Origin: Pasteurella multocida | GTDB taxonomy: Bacteria > Pseudomonadota > Gammaproteobacteria > Enterobacterales > Pasteurellaceae | DNA length: 32,000 nt | Direction: 5' to 3' | Assembly (NCBI RefSeq): GCF_900187275.1 | Contig: NZ_LT906458.1 | Span: forward strand, 840,001-872,000 | Shown: positions 1-11,022 of the stretch, piece by piece | Numbering within the stretch: position 1 is the first letter of the stretch | How the letters are laid out: each line of letters starts with the position of its first letter | Made by a program: the position numbers and the translations under genes | Notes under the pieces: generated by a model | Told to the model about the DNA's origin: nothing | The model's input: only the letters and a program-made list of their open reading frames with translations | The model's database searches: none

Positions 1-168
1 ACGGATATTGAATATCTCCCCGCTCGCCAAAATGCAAACGCGGGTACCCTATTGCTCACCCCTTTTGCTGCGATTGCCGATGTCGCAACAGGTATTTTAG
101 CCGTGCCTGCTTATATCGGTTTACAAGCAGTTTGTCTTGGTCAAAGCGATGGCTTTATTTGTAAATAG
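1..168 (+). CDS. YceK/YidQ-family small lipoprotein, C-terminal part (5' end outside window)
   Basis: Open frame from base 1: [55 protein letters not shown], ending at TAG 166-168; resembles the C-terminus of the DUF1375 family. Confidence 0.6.
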   Translation, partial: TDIEYLPARQNANAGTLLLTPFAAIADVATGILAVPAYIGLQAVCLGQSDGFICK

Positions 169-215
169 AGTGAAACATCTTACTTTCCCACGGGCTTCTA
201 TGCTTTGCACAAAAG

Positions 216-224
216 TGCGGTGGT
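216..224 (+). repeat. DNA uptake signal core (Haemophilus-type USS)
   Basis: AAGTGCGGT exact 9-mer. Confidence 0.8.
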
Positions 225-267
225 ATTTAAAAAAGTTTTGCGAGCAATATTTGCTATTCCACCATAC

Positions 268-298
268 AAAAAAGCGGAGAACTTAACGCTCTCCGCTT
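268..298 (-). terminator. Rho-independent terminator of the nusA-infB operon
   Basis: On the minus strand AAGCGGAGAGCGTTAAGTTCTCCGCTTTTTT: perfect GC-rich stem followed by a T-run, just after the infB stop. Confidence 0.85.
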
Positions 299-318
299 GT
301 GACATTCGTAATCAATAA

Positions 319-2820
319 TTAGATCGTACGTTTAATCTCAACCACTTCGAACACCTCGATTTGGTCGCCGACTTTCACATCATTGTAGTTCTTCACACCA
401 ATACCACATTCCATACCGTTACGTACTTCTGCTACGTCATCTTTAAAGCGACGTAATGACTCAAGTTCGCCCTCAAAAATGACCACGTTATCACGTAAGA
501 CACGGATTGGGTTGTTACGTTTGACAATACCTTCTGTCACCATACAACCTGCGATTGCGCCAAATTTCGGATGACGGAAAACATCACGCACTTCAGCCAA
601 ACCGATAATTTCTTGTTTAAATTCAGGTTGTAGCATACCGCTCATCGCTGCTTTGATTTCGTTTAATAGCTCATAAATAATTGAGTAGTAACGTAAGTCA
701 ATGCTTTCTGATTCGATAATACGGCGCGCTGAGGCATCGGCACGTACGTTAAAGCCAAGTACGATCGCATTCGAGGCTGCCGCTAAAGTCGCATCCGTTT
801 CCGTGATACCACCGACACCGGAACCCACCACTTTTACCTTCACTTCGGCAGTAGAAAGTTCGTTCAATGACTGACAGATCGCTTCCACCGATCCTTGTAC
901 GTCTGCTTTCACAATCACGTTCAACTCAGCCACATCCCCTTCTGCCATATTAGTAAACATATTTTCCAATTTGGCTTTTTGTTGACGTGCTAATTTCACT
1001 TCACGGAATTTACCTTGACGATATAACGCCACTTCACGTGCTTTTTTCTCATCACGTACAACCGTTGCTTCATCACCTGCAGCAGGTACTCCTGAAAGCC
1101 CCAATACCTCAACAGGAATTGAAGGACCTGCACTTGCTACATCTTTCCCGTTTTCGTTACGCATTGCACGCACACGACCATATTCAAAACCACAAAGTAC
1201 GATATCACCACGGTGTAAAGTACCGGTTTGCACAAGAATTGTTGCAACTGGACCACGACCTTTATCAAGATAAGATTCAATCACCACACCTGTCGCCATA
1301 CCGTCTTTCACGGCAGTTAATTCAAGAACTTCCGATTGTAATAAGATCGCTTCAAGCAACTCATCAACACCAGTCCCTTTCTTCGCCGAAACATATACAA
1401 ACTGAGTGTCACCACCGAATTTTTCTGCGACGACTTCATGTTGTAACAATTCGGTCTCAACACGCTCTGGGTTCGCTTCTGGTTTATCAATTTTATTGAC
1501 TGCAACCACAATCGGTACACCTGCAGCTTTCGCATGTTGGATCGCCTCAATGGTTTGTGGCATCACACCATCATCTGCCGCGACCACAAGTACCACGATA
1601 TCCGTTGCTTTCGCACCACGCGCACGCATCGAAGTAAATGCTGCGTGTCCTGGTGTATCTAAGAAAGTGATCATTTTGCCATCAGTTTCTACATGGTATG
1701 CACCGATGTGCTGGGTGATCCCACCCGCTTCACCAGAGGCAACCTTAGCTTTACGAATGTAGTCAAGTAGTGAGGTTTTACCGTGGTCAACGTGACCCAT
1801 GATGGTCACCACTGGTGCGCGCGTGACTAATTCCGCATCCACATCGCGATCGCTCATCACCGATTCTTCCAACTCATTCTCTTTACGAATGATCACTTTA
1901 TGCCCCATTTCTTCTGCCACAAGCTGTGCGGTTTCTTGGTCAATCACTTGGTTAATAGTGGCCATTGCGCCCATTTTCATCATCGTTTTGATGACTTCTG
2001 TTGCTTTTACTGCCATTTTATTGGCAAGTTCAGCCACGGTAATCGTTTCACCGATGACGACATCGCGGTTCACGGCTTGAGCAGGTTTAGTAAAGGCTTG
2101 TTGTAAGGCACTGCCTTTTTTCGCATGCTTACCTTTACCCATTTTGCCATCTTTCTGATTACGACGATTAGATTCACGTTCTGTTTTTGAGCTTTCGTCT
2201 TCACGACCACCTTTTTTCGCTTTGGCAACTTTATTTTTTCCTCCACGATTACGGTTTTCTTTACGGCGCGCTTCTTCATCTTCCGCTTCACGTGCATAAG
2301 TAGACGTTAAATGATAATCCGCATAGTCTTCACTGTTCTCGTTCTCTGCGTCTTCTTCACTTAATTCTGCATAACGTTTCGCTTCTTCCGCCGCTTTACG
2401 TGCCAGCTCTTCTGCTTTTTGGCGTGCAAGTTCATCTGCTTTACGACGTAATTCGGCTTCTTCTGCACGGCGCTTTTCTTTTTCCACGTCAACCGCTTTG
2501 GTCGGTGCGCTCACAGCTTGTGCTTTCTTCGCTTCTTCGACTTTCGCTTGTTTTGCTTTTTCAGCCTCTAAACGCGCTTTTTCTTCCGCGTCTTTTTTCG
2601 CTTTTTCTGCTGCCAATCTGTCTGCTTCTTGTTTTGCTTTCAATCTTGCTTCTTCCGCTTTTTGTGCCGCATCTGTTGGCACCGTACGTTTTTTACGGAC
2701 TTCGACTTGCACTTCTTTTGCCTTACCGCCCGCAGTTGTACTGACGGTGGTTTTGGTTCGACGCTGTAAACTCAGTTTTTTTGGGGCAGCCCCATCGGCT
2801 TTTTTTACATCTTCTGTCAT
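319..2820 (-). CDS. infB: Translation initiation factor IF-2
   Basis: 833 aa; GTPase motifs [17 protein letters not shown] and NKID; Lys/Glu/Ala-rich N-terminal extension; operon context with nusA. Confidence 0.98.
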   Translation of the reverse strand: MTEDVKKADGAAPKKLSLQRRTKTTVSTTAGGKAKEVQVEVRKKRTVPTDAAQKAEEARLKAKQEADRLAAEKAKKDAEEKARLEAEKAKQAKVEEAKKAQAVSAPTKAVDVEKEKRRAEEAELRRKADELARQKAEELARKAAEEAKRYAELSEEDAENENSEDYADYHLTSTYAREAEDEEARRKENRNRGGKNKVAKAKKGGREDESSKTERESNRRNQKDGKMGKGKHAKKGSALQQAFTKPAQAVNRDVVIGETITVAELANKMAVKATEVIKTMMKMGAMATINQVIDQETAQLVAEEMGHKVIIRKENELEESVMSDRDVDAELVTRAPVVTIMGHVDHGKTSLLDYIRKAKVASGEAGGITQHIGAYHVETDGKMITFLDTPGHAAFTSMRARGAKATDIVVLVVAADDGVMPQTIEAIQHAKAAGVPIVVAVNKIDKPEANPERVETELLQHEVVAEKFGGDTQFVYVSAKKGTGVDELLEAILLQSEVLELTAVKDGMATGVVIESYLDKGRGPVATILVQTGTLHRGDIVLCGFEYGRVRAMRNENGKDVASAGPSIPVEVLGLSGVPAAGDEATVVRDEKKAREVALYRQGKFREVKLARQQKAKLENMFTNMAEGDVAELNVIVKADVQGSVEAICQSLNELSTAEVKVKVVGSGVGGITETDATLAAASNAIVLGFNVRADASARRIIESESIDLRYYSIIYELLNEIKAAMSGMLQPEFKQEIIGLAEVRDVFRHPKFGAIAGCMVTEGIVKRNNPIRVLRDNVVIFEGELESLRRFKDDVAEVRNGMECGIGVKNYNDVKVGDQIEVFEVVEIKRTI

Positions 2821-2835
2821 TTTTCACTCCTCCAA

Positions 2836-4317
2836 TTACTCACTGAACCAACAGATATTACGTGCCGCCATAATAAAATCGGCGGCTTGTTCTGCTGTCA
2901 AATCTTCAATATCCGCTAAATCATCAACACCTTGTTCTGCAAGTTCTTCCAGAGTAGTAATTTGTTTTTCTGCTAATTTCAACGCAATATGGCGATTCAT
3001 TCCCTCTAATGCGAGTAAACGATCTTCAATATGCGCTTGTTTTAAGGCTTCTTCTGCTAATGCCGCAGCCGTAATCGCATTTTTGGCACGCTCTTGCAAT
3101 TCTTCGACCAAATCTTCATCTTCTAAGCCATCAATTGCGGTTAATTCACTGACTGAAACATAAGCCAGTTCTTCTAATGTAGAGAAACCTTCCTCAATTA
3201 AGATATGCGCAAAATCTTCATCAATTTCTAGCGCATTCATGAATAATTTCAATACTTTATTATCTTCTGCTTGATGTTTTTGGTTCAGCTCATCAGTGGT
3301 CATCACGTTTAATGTCCAACCTGTTAGTTGGGTTGCTAAACGCACATTTTGACCATTTCGACCAATCGCTTGTGCAAGATTGGCTGGTTCGACTGCGATA
3401 TCCATTGCATGTGAATCTTCATCCACCACGATAGAAGTGACATCTGCTGGCGCCATCGCATTGATCACAAATTGCGCAGGGTTATCATCCCAAAGTACGA
3501 TATCCACACGTTCGCCACCTAATTCATTGGTAATGGCTTGTACACGCGCACCACGCATACCAACACAAGCACCCACTGGGTCAATACGTTTATCATTGCT
3601 TTTCACTGCAATTTTCGCTCGAGAGCCCGGATCACGCGCTGCATTTTTAATTTCGATCAGTTCTTCACCAATTTCAGGAACCTCAATACGGAATAACTCA
3701 ATTAACATTTCCGGTTTAGCACGGGTAACAAATAATTGAGCACCTTTGCTTTCTGGGCTCACTTTATATAACACACCACGGACACGATCTCCCGGACGGA
3801 AATTTTCACGCGGTAACATATCTTCACGTAATATCACGGCTTCGGCTTGTTGACCTAAATCTAATACAATATTGTCGCGATTCACTTTTTTCACTGTGCC
3901 GGTCACAATCTCACCTTCTTGAGAACGGAATTGCTCAACAATTTTGTTACGCTCTGCTTCACGGATCTTCGTGCTAATCACCTGACGTGCGGTTTGCATC
4001 GTGATGCGGTCAAAGGCCACAGATTCAATTTGATCTTCTACATAATCACCTAGTTGCACATTAGGATCATCAAATTGTGCCGCTTCTAAGGTGATTTCTT
4101 TTGTCGGATTGGTTACTTCGTCCACAACCAACCAACGACGGAAGGTATCAAACTCCCCCGTTTTTGTGTTAATCACCACACGCACATCAATTTCTTGCTC
4201 ATACTTCTTTTTGGTTGAAAGGGCAAGCGCACTTTCTAACGCTTCAAAAATCTTTTCACGTGGTAATAATTTTTCATTTGATACCGCTTCTGCAGCCAAT
4301 AAAAGTTCTTTACTCAT
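2836..4317 (-). CDS. nusA: Transcription termination/antitermination protein NusA
   Basis: 493 aa starting [24 protein letters not shown]; KH-domain signature [18 protein letters not shown]; next to infB. Confidence 0.98.
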   Translation of the reverse strand: MSKELLLAAEAVSNEKLLPREKIFEALESALALSTKKKYEQEIDVRVVINTKTGEFDTFRRWLVVDEVTNPTKEITLEAAQFDDPNVQLGDYVEDQIESVAFDRITMQTARQVISTKIREAERNKIVEQFRSQEGEIVTGTVKKVNRDNIVLDLGQQAEAVILREDMLPRENFRPGDRVRGVLYKVSPESKGAQLFVTRAKPEMLIELFRIEVPEIGEELIEIKNAARDPGSRAKIAVKSNDKRIDPVGACVGMRGARVQAITNELGGERVDIVLWDDNPAQFVINAMAPADVTSIVVDEDSHAMDIAVEPANLAQAIGRNGQNVRLATQLTGWTLNVMTTDELNQKHQAEDNKVLKLFMNALEIDEDFAHILIEEGFSTLEELAYVSVSELTAIDGLEDEDLVEELQERAKNAITAAALAEEALKQAHIEDRLLALEGMNRHIALKLAEKQITTLEELAEQGVDDLADIEDLTAEQAADFIMAARNICWFSE

Positions 4318-4334
4318 TGCTCTGTTTGCTCCTT

Positions 4335-4790
4335 TTAGAATTTAGGAATAATATTGGCCTTTTGAATATTGCCAAATACCAAAATTTGTTCTTGCCCATC
4401 GACAATCAGGGTCAACATATCATTCTCAATTTTTTCTAATTTACCTTGCCATTTACGACGATCCAAAACAGGAATACGCAAATGCACCACAATTTCTTGT
4501 CCAATATAGCGCTGATATTGATCTAATGTGAATAATGCACGATCTAAACCAGGTGAAGACACTTCAAGGTTATATTTATCCGCAATCGGATCTTCCACAT
4601 CTAAAATCGCGCTCACTTGACGGCTCACATCGGCACAATCTTCCACTGTGACGCCACCTTCTTTATCTATATATAAACGTACTGTTAAATAGCGACCAGC
4701 ACGCTGACATTCAATGCCCCAAAGCTCACACCCTAAATCTTCGACTGAGCTCTGTAGCAGTTCTTGTAACTTTTGTTCTAAGGTTGCCAA
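4335..4790 (-). CDS. rimP: Ribosome maturation factor RimP
   Basis: 151 aa if translated from TTG at 4790 ([27 protein letters not shown]...), preceded by AGAGAGG. The tracked 181-aa ORF (to 4880) appears over-extended at the N-terminus. Confidence 0.93.
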   Translation of the reverse strand: MATLEQKLQELLQSSVEDLGCELWGIECQRAGRYLTVRLYIDKEGGVTVEDCADVSRQVSAILDVEDPIADKYNLEVSSPGLDRALFTLDQYQRYIGQEIVVHLRIPVLDRRKWQGKLEKIENDMLTLIVDGQEQILVFGNIQKANIIPKF

Positions 4791-4897
4791 AATTACCTCT
4801 CTAATATGTAGGATACTTAAACACATCTGTCTTAGGATAACGTTATTGATAGGCAATATCGCCAACATCCAATAAGTCAACCGTAAATTTTAGACGT

Positions 4898-4925
4898 AAA
4901 AAAAGGACTCGCATGTTCAGTCCTT
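4898..4925 (-). terminator. Intrinsic terminator or attenuator between tRNA-fMet and rimP (second of two)
   Basis: On minus: GTAAGGACTGAACATGCGAGTCCTTTTTTT; AAGGACT/AGTCCTT stem plus T-run. Confidence 0.6.
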
Positions 4926-4951
4926 ACATAAAAATTCCTCATTCAGATACG

Positions 4952-4977
4952 AAAAAACCCCATAATTTAGGGGCTTC
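4952..4977 (-). terminator. Intrinsic terminator downstream of tRNA-fMet (first of two)
   Basis: On minus: GCCCCTAAATTATGGGGTTTTTTC; CCCC...GGGG hairpin plus T6. Confidence 0.75.
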
Positions 4978-4998
4978 TTTACTGAACTGTCTGTAAAG

Positions 4999-5075
4999 TG
5001 GTTGCGGGGGCCGGATTTGAACCGACGGCCTTCGGGTTATGAGCCCGACGAGCTACCAAGCTGCTCCACCCCGCG
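4999..5075 (-). tRNA. metY: Initiator tRNA-fMet (CAT)
   Basis: 77-nt cloverleaf CGCGGGGTGGAGCAGCTTGGTAGCTCGTCGGGCTCATAACCCGAAGGCCGTCGGTTCAAATCCGGCCCCCGCAACCA; initiator features are the C1/A72 mismatch and three G-C pairs at the base of the anticodon stem. Confidence 0.97.
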
Positions 5076-5091
5076 TCCGAAATATTGGCGT

Positions 5092-5119
5092 ATTATAGCC
5101 TTTTAATGAAAAATATCAA
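5092..5119 (-). promoter_or_regulatory. Sigma70-type promoter for the tRNA-fMet/rimP/nusA/infB operon
   Basis: Minus strand TTGATA - 16 nt - TATAAT, GC-containing discriminator, 16 nt upstream of the tRNA 5' end. Confidence 0.7.
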
Positions 5120-5339
5120 GTTTTAATTCCAATCTTTTTTCTTTTCCACCCAATTTGCTTACGCCACTTATTTAAATTACCCCCATGAAGGCTTATCAAG
5201 GTATCATATTGATTGTTAGCTATTACACTTTCAACTACTCAATAACAATCATTCCTTTACGATAAACGCGTTGAGAGTGAATACAACGAACGACTGCTAT
5301 AGATACCGCGTTTCTTGTTGTCATCTCGCACCTTTAAAT

Positions 5340-6086
5340 TTATGCTAAAAGCACATTTAGCCCTTGACGTTTTAATTCTGCAATAATCTCAGCGTCCGCT
5401 TCTTTCCCTGTGATTAACAAATGAATATTGTGCAGTTCCGCAAATAACATACCGGCTTGTTTTCCAAGCTTTGAACTATCTAATAGAACAACTAATTTAC
5501 CGACACGTGGCAACATTCTTTGTTCAGAGTTCGCAATTAACATATCGGTTTTATATAGCCCATCTACGGTTAATCCTTTACCACTGGTAAACATGATATT
5601 CGCTGCATAAATAGCCTCTGCATTGGTATTTAAAGACAACATAATAGCCTGATTTTTATTGTATTGCCCCCCCATAATCACTACATCATTATGATCATGC
5701 TCAATGAGATAATTCGCTAATGGCAAGAAATTTGTCATAATTTGTACATTCTTACCACAAAGACGGCTACCTAACATCAGCATTGTAGAGCCACAGGTCA
5801 GAATCACACTATCGCCATCCTGACAGAGTTTGGCTGCTAATTCAGCAATCCGTTTTTTCTCACCTGAATTATTGATGGCGAGCGGTTGAGAACGGTATGC
5901 TTTTTTCTCAATGACTTCCGCACCATTACGCACTTTTTTTAAGCGCCCTTGTTCATTTAATTTAGTAATATCCCGTCTTGCTGTTGCAGGTGAAACATCC
6001 AATAAGCGAATAATATCTTGCGTTGATAGCGCTTTCCTTTCTTCTAACAAATTCAGTAATTGTCTATGTCGATAATTTTCGTTCAT
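5340..6086 (-). CDS. ulaR: DeoR-family transcriptional repressor, likely ascorbate regulator UlaR
   Basis: 248 aa; N-terminal HTH (RHRQLLNLLEERKALSTQDIIRLLDVSPATARRDI), C-terminal DeoR sensor-like domain; adjacent to ulaG. Confidence 0.8.
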   Translation of the reverse strand: MNENYRHRQLLNLLEERKALSTQDIIRLLDVSPATARRDITKLNEQGRLKKVRNGAEVIEKKAYRSQPLAINNSGEKKRIAELAAKLCQDGDSVILTCGSTMLMLGSRLCGKNVQIMTNFLPLANYLIEHDHNDVVIMGGQYNKNQAIMLSLNTNAEAIYAANIMFTSGKGLTVDGLYKTDMLIANSEQRMLPRVGKLVVLLDSSKLGKQAGMLFAELHNIHLLITGKEADAEIIAELKRQGLNVLLA

Positions 6087-6138
6087 TATTTTTACGTCCT
6101 TAGTTACTTAGAAACTATTCTATCAATAATGAACAAAT

Positions 6139-6162
6139 AAGCCACGTAAAATTACGTGGCTT
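6139..6162 (-). terminator. Hairpin between ulaG and ulaR (weak terminator or intercistronic stem)
   Basis: Perfect inverted repeat AAGCCACGTAA-AA-TTACGTGGCTT; followed on minus by an interrupted T-tract (ATTTGTT). Confidence 0.5.
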
Positions 6163-6180
6163 ACATAGTTAGAATACAAC

Positions 6181-7272
6181 TTAAAGCATTGACTTAAACT
6201 GAATATTAGGCTCATGTTCAAAACAATCATCAAATCCACGAGGATGATGATATTCAAGCAAGTCTTTATCCTGTGGATAAACATACTTCCCACCCACTTC
6301 CCAAATAAAAGGATGGAATTGATATTGCAAACGCTCCTTACGTAAACGCCAAAGATGTAAAATTTCATCGGTACTTGCCATGAAATTTGTCCAAATGTCG
6401 TAATGAACAGGAATGATCACTTTACAACGTAAACATTCTGCCATGCGTAACAAATCAATCGATGTCATTTTATCCGCAATACCGACCGGATTTTCCCCAT
6501 AATTATTTAATGCTACATCAATATCAAATTCTTTTCCATGCTTGGCAAATTGAATAGAATAGTGAGAATCAGCACCATGATAAATATTTCCACCTGGAGT
6601 TTTAAAGACATAGTTTACTGTTTTACGCCCCATTTCCTCATCGGAAGGACATAACCCGAGTAACTCCCCTCCTTGCTCTTCAGCCCCTTCAACAGGTAAT
6701 GTCACTAAACAAGTCCGATCAAACGAATCTAATGCGTGAATCTCGACATCTTTTAATTTTACAACATCACCAGGTTTAACAATAATGATCCGCTCCTCTG
6801 GAACCCCCCATTGTTTCCATAATTCCGCACAATGCCATGGACCCACAAATTTTACATGCGTTAGGGCTGGATTATTGACGATGGCAGCCGCAACATTCAC
6901 ATCAATATGATCGCTGTGATAATGTGAAGCAAGAATGAAATCTACTTCATTAATTGAAAAAGGGTCTAATACCATAGGTTGGGCGCGTAAGTTTGGCTGT
7001 AATTTACGTACTCCAGCCATATTTGCCATTTGGTGTCCACGAACCATATCTTTTACTTTTTTAGTTGATTTACCTCTTCCACACCATAAATCCATACAAA
7101 TATTAGCGCCTGCTGGGGTCTTGATCCATACGCCGACACAACCTAACCACCACATAGCGACATTCCCTTCTGGCACAACTTCATTCTCAATTTCTTCATT
7201 TAGCCATGTTCCCCATTCAGGAAAAGTAGAAAGGATCCAACTTTCACGTGTGATTTCATTAATTTTACTCAT
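6181..7272 (-). CDS. ulaG: L-ascorbate-6-phosphate lactonase UlaG (metallo-beta-lactamase fold)
   Basis: 363 aa; metal-binding motif SHYHSDHID; [10 protein letters not shown] and [10 protein letters not shown] motifs; ula context. Confidence 0.93.
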   Translation of the reverse strand: MSKINEITRESWILSTFPEWGTWLNEEIENEVVPEGNVAMWWLGCVGVWIKTPAGANICMDLWCGRGKSTKKVKDMVRGHQMANMAGVRKLQPNLRAQPMVLDPFSINEVDFILASHYHSDHIDVNVAAAIVNNPALTHVKFVGPWHCAELWKQWGVPEERIIIVKPGDVVKLKDVEIHALDSFDRTCLVTLPVEGAEEQGGELLGLCPSDEEMGRKTVNYVFKTPGGNIYHGADSHYSIQFAKHGKEFDIDVALNNYGENPVGIADKMTSIDLLRMAECLRCKVIIPVHYDIWTNFMASTDEILHLWRLRKERLQYQFHPFIWEVGGKYVYPQDKDLLEYHHPRGFDDCFEHEPNIQFKSML

Positions 7273-7475
7273 TGTATTCTCCTATAAAACAACGCAAAAC
7301 AAATCAAAAACAATCATATTAAATCAAAATAAAAAATACAATAAGTGTAATTAGAATTTGTGATCTAGATCTTACTATCAACTCACATCGATAAAATAAA
7401 TCTAAAAGCAATTATTTTTCATATTGTTATATTAAAAATAAATTAATTAATTTAAATATTACACGCTTTGTATAA

Positions 7476-7497
7476 AAATGTGAAACTGCTCACAAAT
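7476..7497. promoter_or_regulatory. CRP-cAMP binding site in the ulaG/ulaA divergent promoter region
   Basis: AAATGTGAAACTGCTCACAAAT contains TGTGA-N6-TCACA, exact consensus half-sites (7479-7494). Confidence 0.8.
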
Positions 7498-7621
7498 TAT
7501 CAAATATAATCTTTTATAATCTTTTTTTGCTGTTATGCTTATACCCAGATTTCTTAGATCAGGCCTTATCCAGAAATCTTTCATGCAAATATACACAATG
7601 AAAAAATCCAGAGGTGTCACT

Positions 7622-9412
7622 ATGGAAACACTCTATAACCTATTCTTAAGCTTTAATAATCAAGTCCTTTCTAAAGCCCCCTTTCTACTTGGTATTGTTG
7701 CTTGTATTGGGTACATTCTATTGAAAAAAGACACAACAACAGTTATCAAAGGAACAATAAAAACAATTGTTGGTTTTATGATTGTGCAGGCGGGATCTGG
7801 CTTTCTTGTCGCAAACTTCAAGCCAATAATTGAGGGGTTATCAAAATATCATAATTTGACGGGGGCAGTGATTGACCCTTACACCAGCATGCAAGCCACC
7901 ATCCAAACGATGGCAGATAACTATGCGTGGGTTGGCTACGCGGTTATCCTGGCATTGTTTTTAAATATCTTATTAGTCGTATGCCGTAGAATTACAGGGA
8001 TTCGAACTATCATGCTGACGGGACATATTATGTTCCAACAAGCAGGTTTAGTCGCTGTATTCTATATGATTATTGGCGCCTCAATGTGGGAAACGGTCAT
8101 TTATACTGCCGTATTAATGGCGCTATATTGGGGAATCTCATCAAATATCATGTATAAACCTACCCAGGCAGTTACTGGTGGTGCAGGTTTTTCTATTGGA
8201 CATCAACAACAAATCGCTTCTTGGATCGCAGTCAAACTCGCGCCAAAACTTGGCGACAAAAATGATACCGTAGATAAAATGAAATTACCGAAATGGCTAC
8301 ATATTTTTCATGACAGTATTTCCGCAACCGCACTTGTTATGACTGTATTTTTCGGCATCATTTTACTCTCTTTTGGCTTAGATAACTTGCAACAAATGGC
8401 AGGCAAAACCCACTGGTTTATGTACATTTTTGAAATGGGCTTAAAATTTGCTGTTGCTATCCAAATCATCGTCACTGGTGTACGGATGTTTGTTGCTGAG
8501 CTTTCAGAAGCATTCAAAGGAATATCTGAGCGCGTTATTCCAAACTCTGTACTCGCTATTGACTGTGCGGCCATTTATGCTTTTTCGCCAAATGCAATGG
8601 TCTTTGGCTTTATGTGGGGGGCGATTGGACAATTTGTAGCTGTCGGTCTGCTCCTCGGTTTTAGTTCACCTATTCTGATTATTCCAGGCTTCATTCCGAT
8701 GTTTTTCTCAAATGCAACGATCGGTGTCTTTGCGAACCAATTTGGTGGCTGGAAATCCGTCATGAAAATTTGTTTCATTATGGGGATCATAGAAGTACTT
8801 GGTTCAGCTTGGGTTATTCACTTACTTGCCACCCAAGGTACAACGTTTAATGGTTGGATGGGAATGGCGGACTGGGCATTATTTTTCCCACCAATATTGC
8901 AAGGCATTGTTAGCATACCGGGTTTCTTTTTTGTTTTACTGACATTAGCCATTGTTTATATGGTGTTTGCGTCAAAGCAATTACGTTCAGAAGAGGCCGC
9001 TGCCGCTGCACTTGGTAAAACCTTGGAACAAATGGATGGTTATGACAAGACAGAACATAGCCCAATCACACCGGATGACAGCGTCCAACATGATGTTCTA
9101 AAAACAGCCGTTAACCCTATTCGAATCCTGGCAGTTTGTGGTAGCGGGCAGGGTTCATCAATGATGATGAAAATGAAGATTAAAAGTTATCTGGACAAGC
9201 ATAACATACCAAATACCTTGGATTCCTGTGCAGTGACCGATTATAAAGGCAAATTAAATGAAATCGATATTATCGTTGCTTCTCGTCATCTTGCCGATGA
9301 AATTGAAGTGGGTGAAGATAAATTTGTCTTGGGTGTACAAAACATGCTAAATCCAAATTCCTTTGGTCCAGAATTAATTGCCTTAATCAAAAAATATCAG
9401 CAAACCACTTAA
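7622..9412 (+). CDS. ulaA: L-ascorbate PTS transporter, fused EIIC (UlaA) and EIIB (UlaB)
   Basis: The tracked ORF begins at 7535, but [14 protein letters not shown] at 7622 follows a good RBS (CCAGAGGTGT). Membrane EIIC domain, then a C-terminal EIIB domain with [15 protein letters not shown] from about 9121. Confidence 0.93.
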   Translation: METLYNLFLSFNNQVLSKAPFLLGIVACIGYILLKKDTTTVIKGTIKTIVGFMIVQAGSGFLVANFKPIIEGLSKYHNLTGAVIDPYTSMQATIQTMADNYAWVGYAVILALFLNILLVVCRRITGIRTIMLTGHIMFQQAGLVAVFYMIIGASMWETVIYTAVLMALYWGISSNIMYKPTQAVTGGAGFSIGHQQQIASWIAVKLAPKLGDKNDTVDKMKLPKWLHIFHDSISATALVMTVFFGIILLSFGLDNLQQMAGKTHWFMYIFEMGLKFAVAIQIIVTGVRMFVAELSEAFKGISERVIPNSVLAIDCAAIYAFSPNAMVFGFMWGAIGQFVAVGLLLGFSSPILIIPGFIPMFFSNATIGVFANQFGGWKSVMKICFIMGIIEVLGSAWVIHLLATQGTTFNGWMGMADWALFFPPILQGIVSIPGFFFVLLTLAIVYMVFASKQLRSEEAAAAALGKTLEQMDGYDKTEHSPITPDDSVQHDVLKTAVNPIRILAVCGSGQGSSMMMKMKIKSYLDKHNIPNTLDSCAVTDYKGKLNEIDIIVASRHLADEIEVGEDKFVLGVQNMLNPNSFGPELIALIKKYQQTT

Positions 9413-9456
9413 AGGAGACGAATCCTTATTCAATCATCAACTAAATAGGACATACC

Positions 9457-9924
9457 ATGAATTTAAAACAGTCGCTCATAGAAAATAATTCAATCAAACT
9501 TCATCAAACTGCCAAAAATTGGGAGGAGGCAATTAAACTAGGGACCGATATGTTAATCGCTTCGGGAGCCGTCGAACCACGTTATCACGATACGATTATC
9601 AAATGTGTTAAAGAACTAGGACCATATATCATTATTGCTCCCCATTTAGCGATGCCACACGCTCGCCCAGAGGATGGTGTCAATCGCACAGCCTTTGCCC
9701 TCGTCACGCTAGATACACCCATTTATTTTGATGGTGAAGATGAACCTGTCGATGTACTCCTCACACTTGCGGGCAGTGATGCAAATCAACATATGCAAGG
9801 TCTCATGGAGATCACTCAGGTACTTGATGATCCAGACAGTGATACGGGCATTAATTTAGATAAAATTCGTCGTTGTCAAACTGCTGAAGATGTTTATGCG
9901 GTTATTGATGCAGTCTTAAACTAA
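9457..9924 (+). CDS. ulaC: Ascorbate-specific PTS EIIA component
   Basis: 155 aa; EIIA histidine motif IIAPHLAMPHARPEDG; follows ulaAB. Confidence 0.92.
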   Translation: MNLKQSLIENNSIKLHQTAKNWEEAIKLGTDMLIASGAVEPRYHDTIIKCVKELGPYIIIAPHLAMPHARPEDGVNRTAFALVTLDTPIYFDGEDEPVDVLLTLAGSDANQHMQGLMEITQVLDDPDSDTGINLDKIRRCQTAEDVYAVIDAVLN

Positions 9925-9941
9925 ATAAAAAAGGAATAATT

Positions 9942-10619
9942 ATGCCAAAACCATTACTCCAAATTGCACTTGATTCTCTCAGTCTTGAGAAAGCACTTTC
10001 TGACGCTAAACATGCCGAATCAATGGTTGATATTATTGAAGTTGGCACCATTCTCGCCTGCGCAGAGGGTATGAAAGCAGTGAGTACATTACGTGCATTA
10101 CACCCGCATCACATTTTAGTTTGCGATCTCAAAACAACAGATGGTGGTGCGATTTTAGCAAAAATGGCTTTTGAAGCGGGTGCTGATTGGTTAACCGTGT
10201 CTGCCGCGGCACATCCTGCAACCAAAGCAGCATGCAAAAAAGTCGCCGATGAGTTCAACCAGTCTCATCCCGACTTAAAAGTGAAAAAAGAAATTCAAAT
10301 TGAAATCTATGGAAATTGGACATTTGAAGATGCACAGGAATGGGTAAAACTTGGTATTACACAAGCGATTTATCACCGCTCCCGTGATGCTGAATTATCA
10401 GGAGAAAGTTGGGCAAAAGAGGATATCGAAAACATGAAGCGATTAGAAGAACTCGGTTTAGCACTTTCTATTACAGGCGGGATCATTCCAGAAGATATCC
10501 ATTTATTTAAAGACATTCGCAAAGCCAAAGCATTCATTGCTGGTCGCGCGTTGATAGGGGAAAAGGGAAGAACAACGGCTGATGCGATTCATACTGAAAT
10601 TGCTAAATATTGGACTTAG
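9942..10619 (+). CDS. ulaD: 3-keto-L-gulonate-6-phosphate decarboxylase
   Basis: 225 aa; LQIALDSLSLEKAL, VCDLKTTDGG, AGADWLTVSAAAH, SITGGI and FIAGRALIG motifs of the OMP decarboxylase-like superfamily. Confidence 0.92.
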   Translation: MPKPLLQIALDSLSLEKALSDAKHAESMVDIIEVGTILACAEGMKAVSTLRALHPHHILVCDLKTTDGGAILAKMAFEAGADWLTVSAAAHPATKAACKKVADEFNQSHPDLKVKKEIQIEIYGNWTFEDAQEWVKLGITQAIYHRSRDAELSGESWAKEDIENMKRLEELGLALSITGGIIPEDIHLFKDIRKAKAFIAGRALIGEKGRTTADAIHTEIAKYWT

Positions 10620-10676
10620 CTTTTTTATTCGTTCAATCTTCAACTTGCACCTTTGTGATTCGAAAAGATGCAGTAA

Positions 10677-10710
10677 TATTTAGCCCTGTACATTGGTATA
10701 GGGCTAAATA
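10677..10710. repeat. 11-bp perfect inverted repeat downstream of ulaD
   Basis: TATTTAGCCCT-(12 nt)-AGGGCTAAATA; no T-run directly after it on either strand. Confidence 0.75.
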
Positions 10711-11022
10711 CTTCAATCACCTTTACACAATAAAAATGAGAAATGTTAAAACTGAGTATATTGTTTATCAAAAGAATCATCAATTCATGCATTGAACGCT
10801 ATATGTAATAACCCACTCACTATAGTTATAATGTAGCATACTAGATGTTCACTATCTTGTAGTATTCATTCACATTGACTACCTCAAAACTCCATCAAAC
10901 TGTCTCCAGATATATTTTTTACTTTTTATGGTTTTAAATAATCTAAAATACCTGACGTAATTTTCTTCCATAAAAAGCCCAACATTTTCTGATGTTTTTC
11001 ACTAATATGTTGTTTACTCAGA

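Noticed and set aside
987-1499. 170-aa plus-strand ORF antisense to infB
   Set aside because: Histidine/leucine-rich composition typical of an antisense shadow of a conserved CDS; no RBS or recognisable domain. The same applies to the other antisense ORFs within 1317-3163 and 3380-3739.
2380-2760. Repetitive Lys/Glu/Ala coding sequence in infB as a possible recombination repeat
   Set aside because: This is the normal low-complexity N-terminal helical extension of IF-2; no exact tandem units.
6123-6368. 81-aa ORF overlapping the ulaG 3' end
   Set aside because: Overlaps the conserved ulaG CDS and an intercistronic hairpin; no features.
10610-10795. 61-aa ORF downstream of ulaD
   Set aside because: Overlaps the ulaD stop and runs through the inverted repeat; composition looks random.
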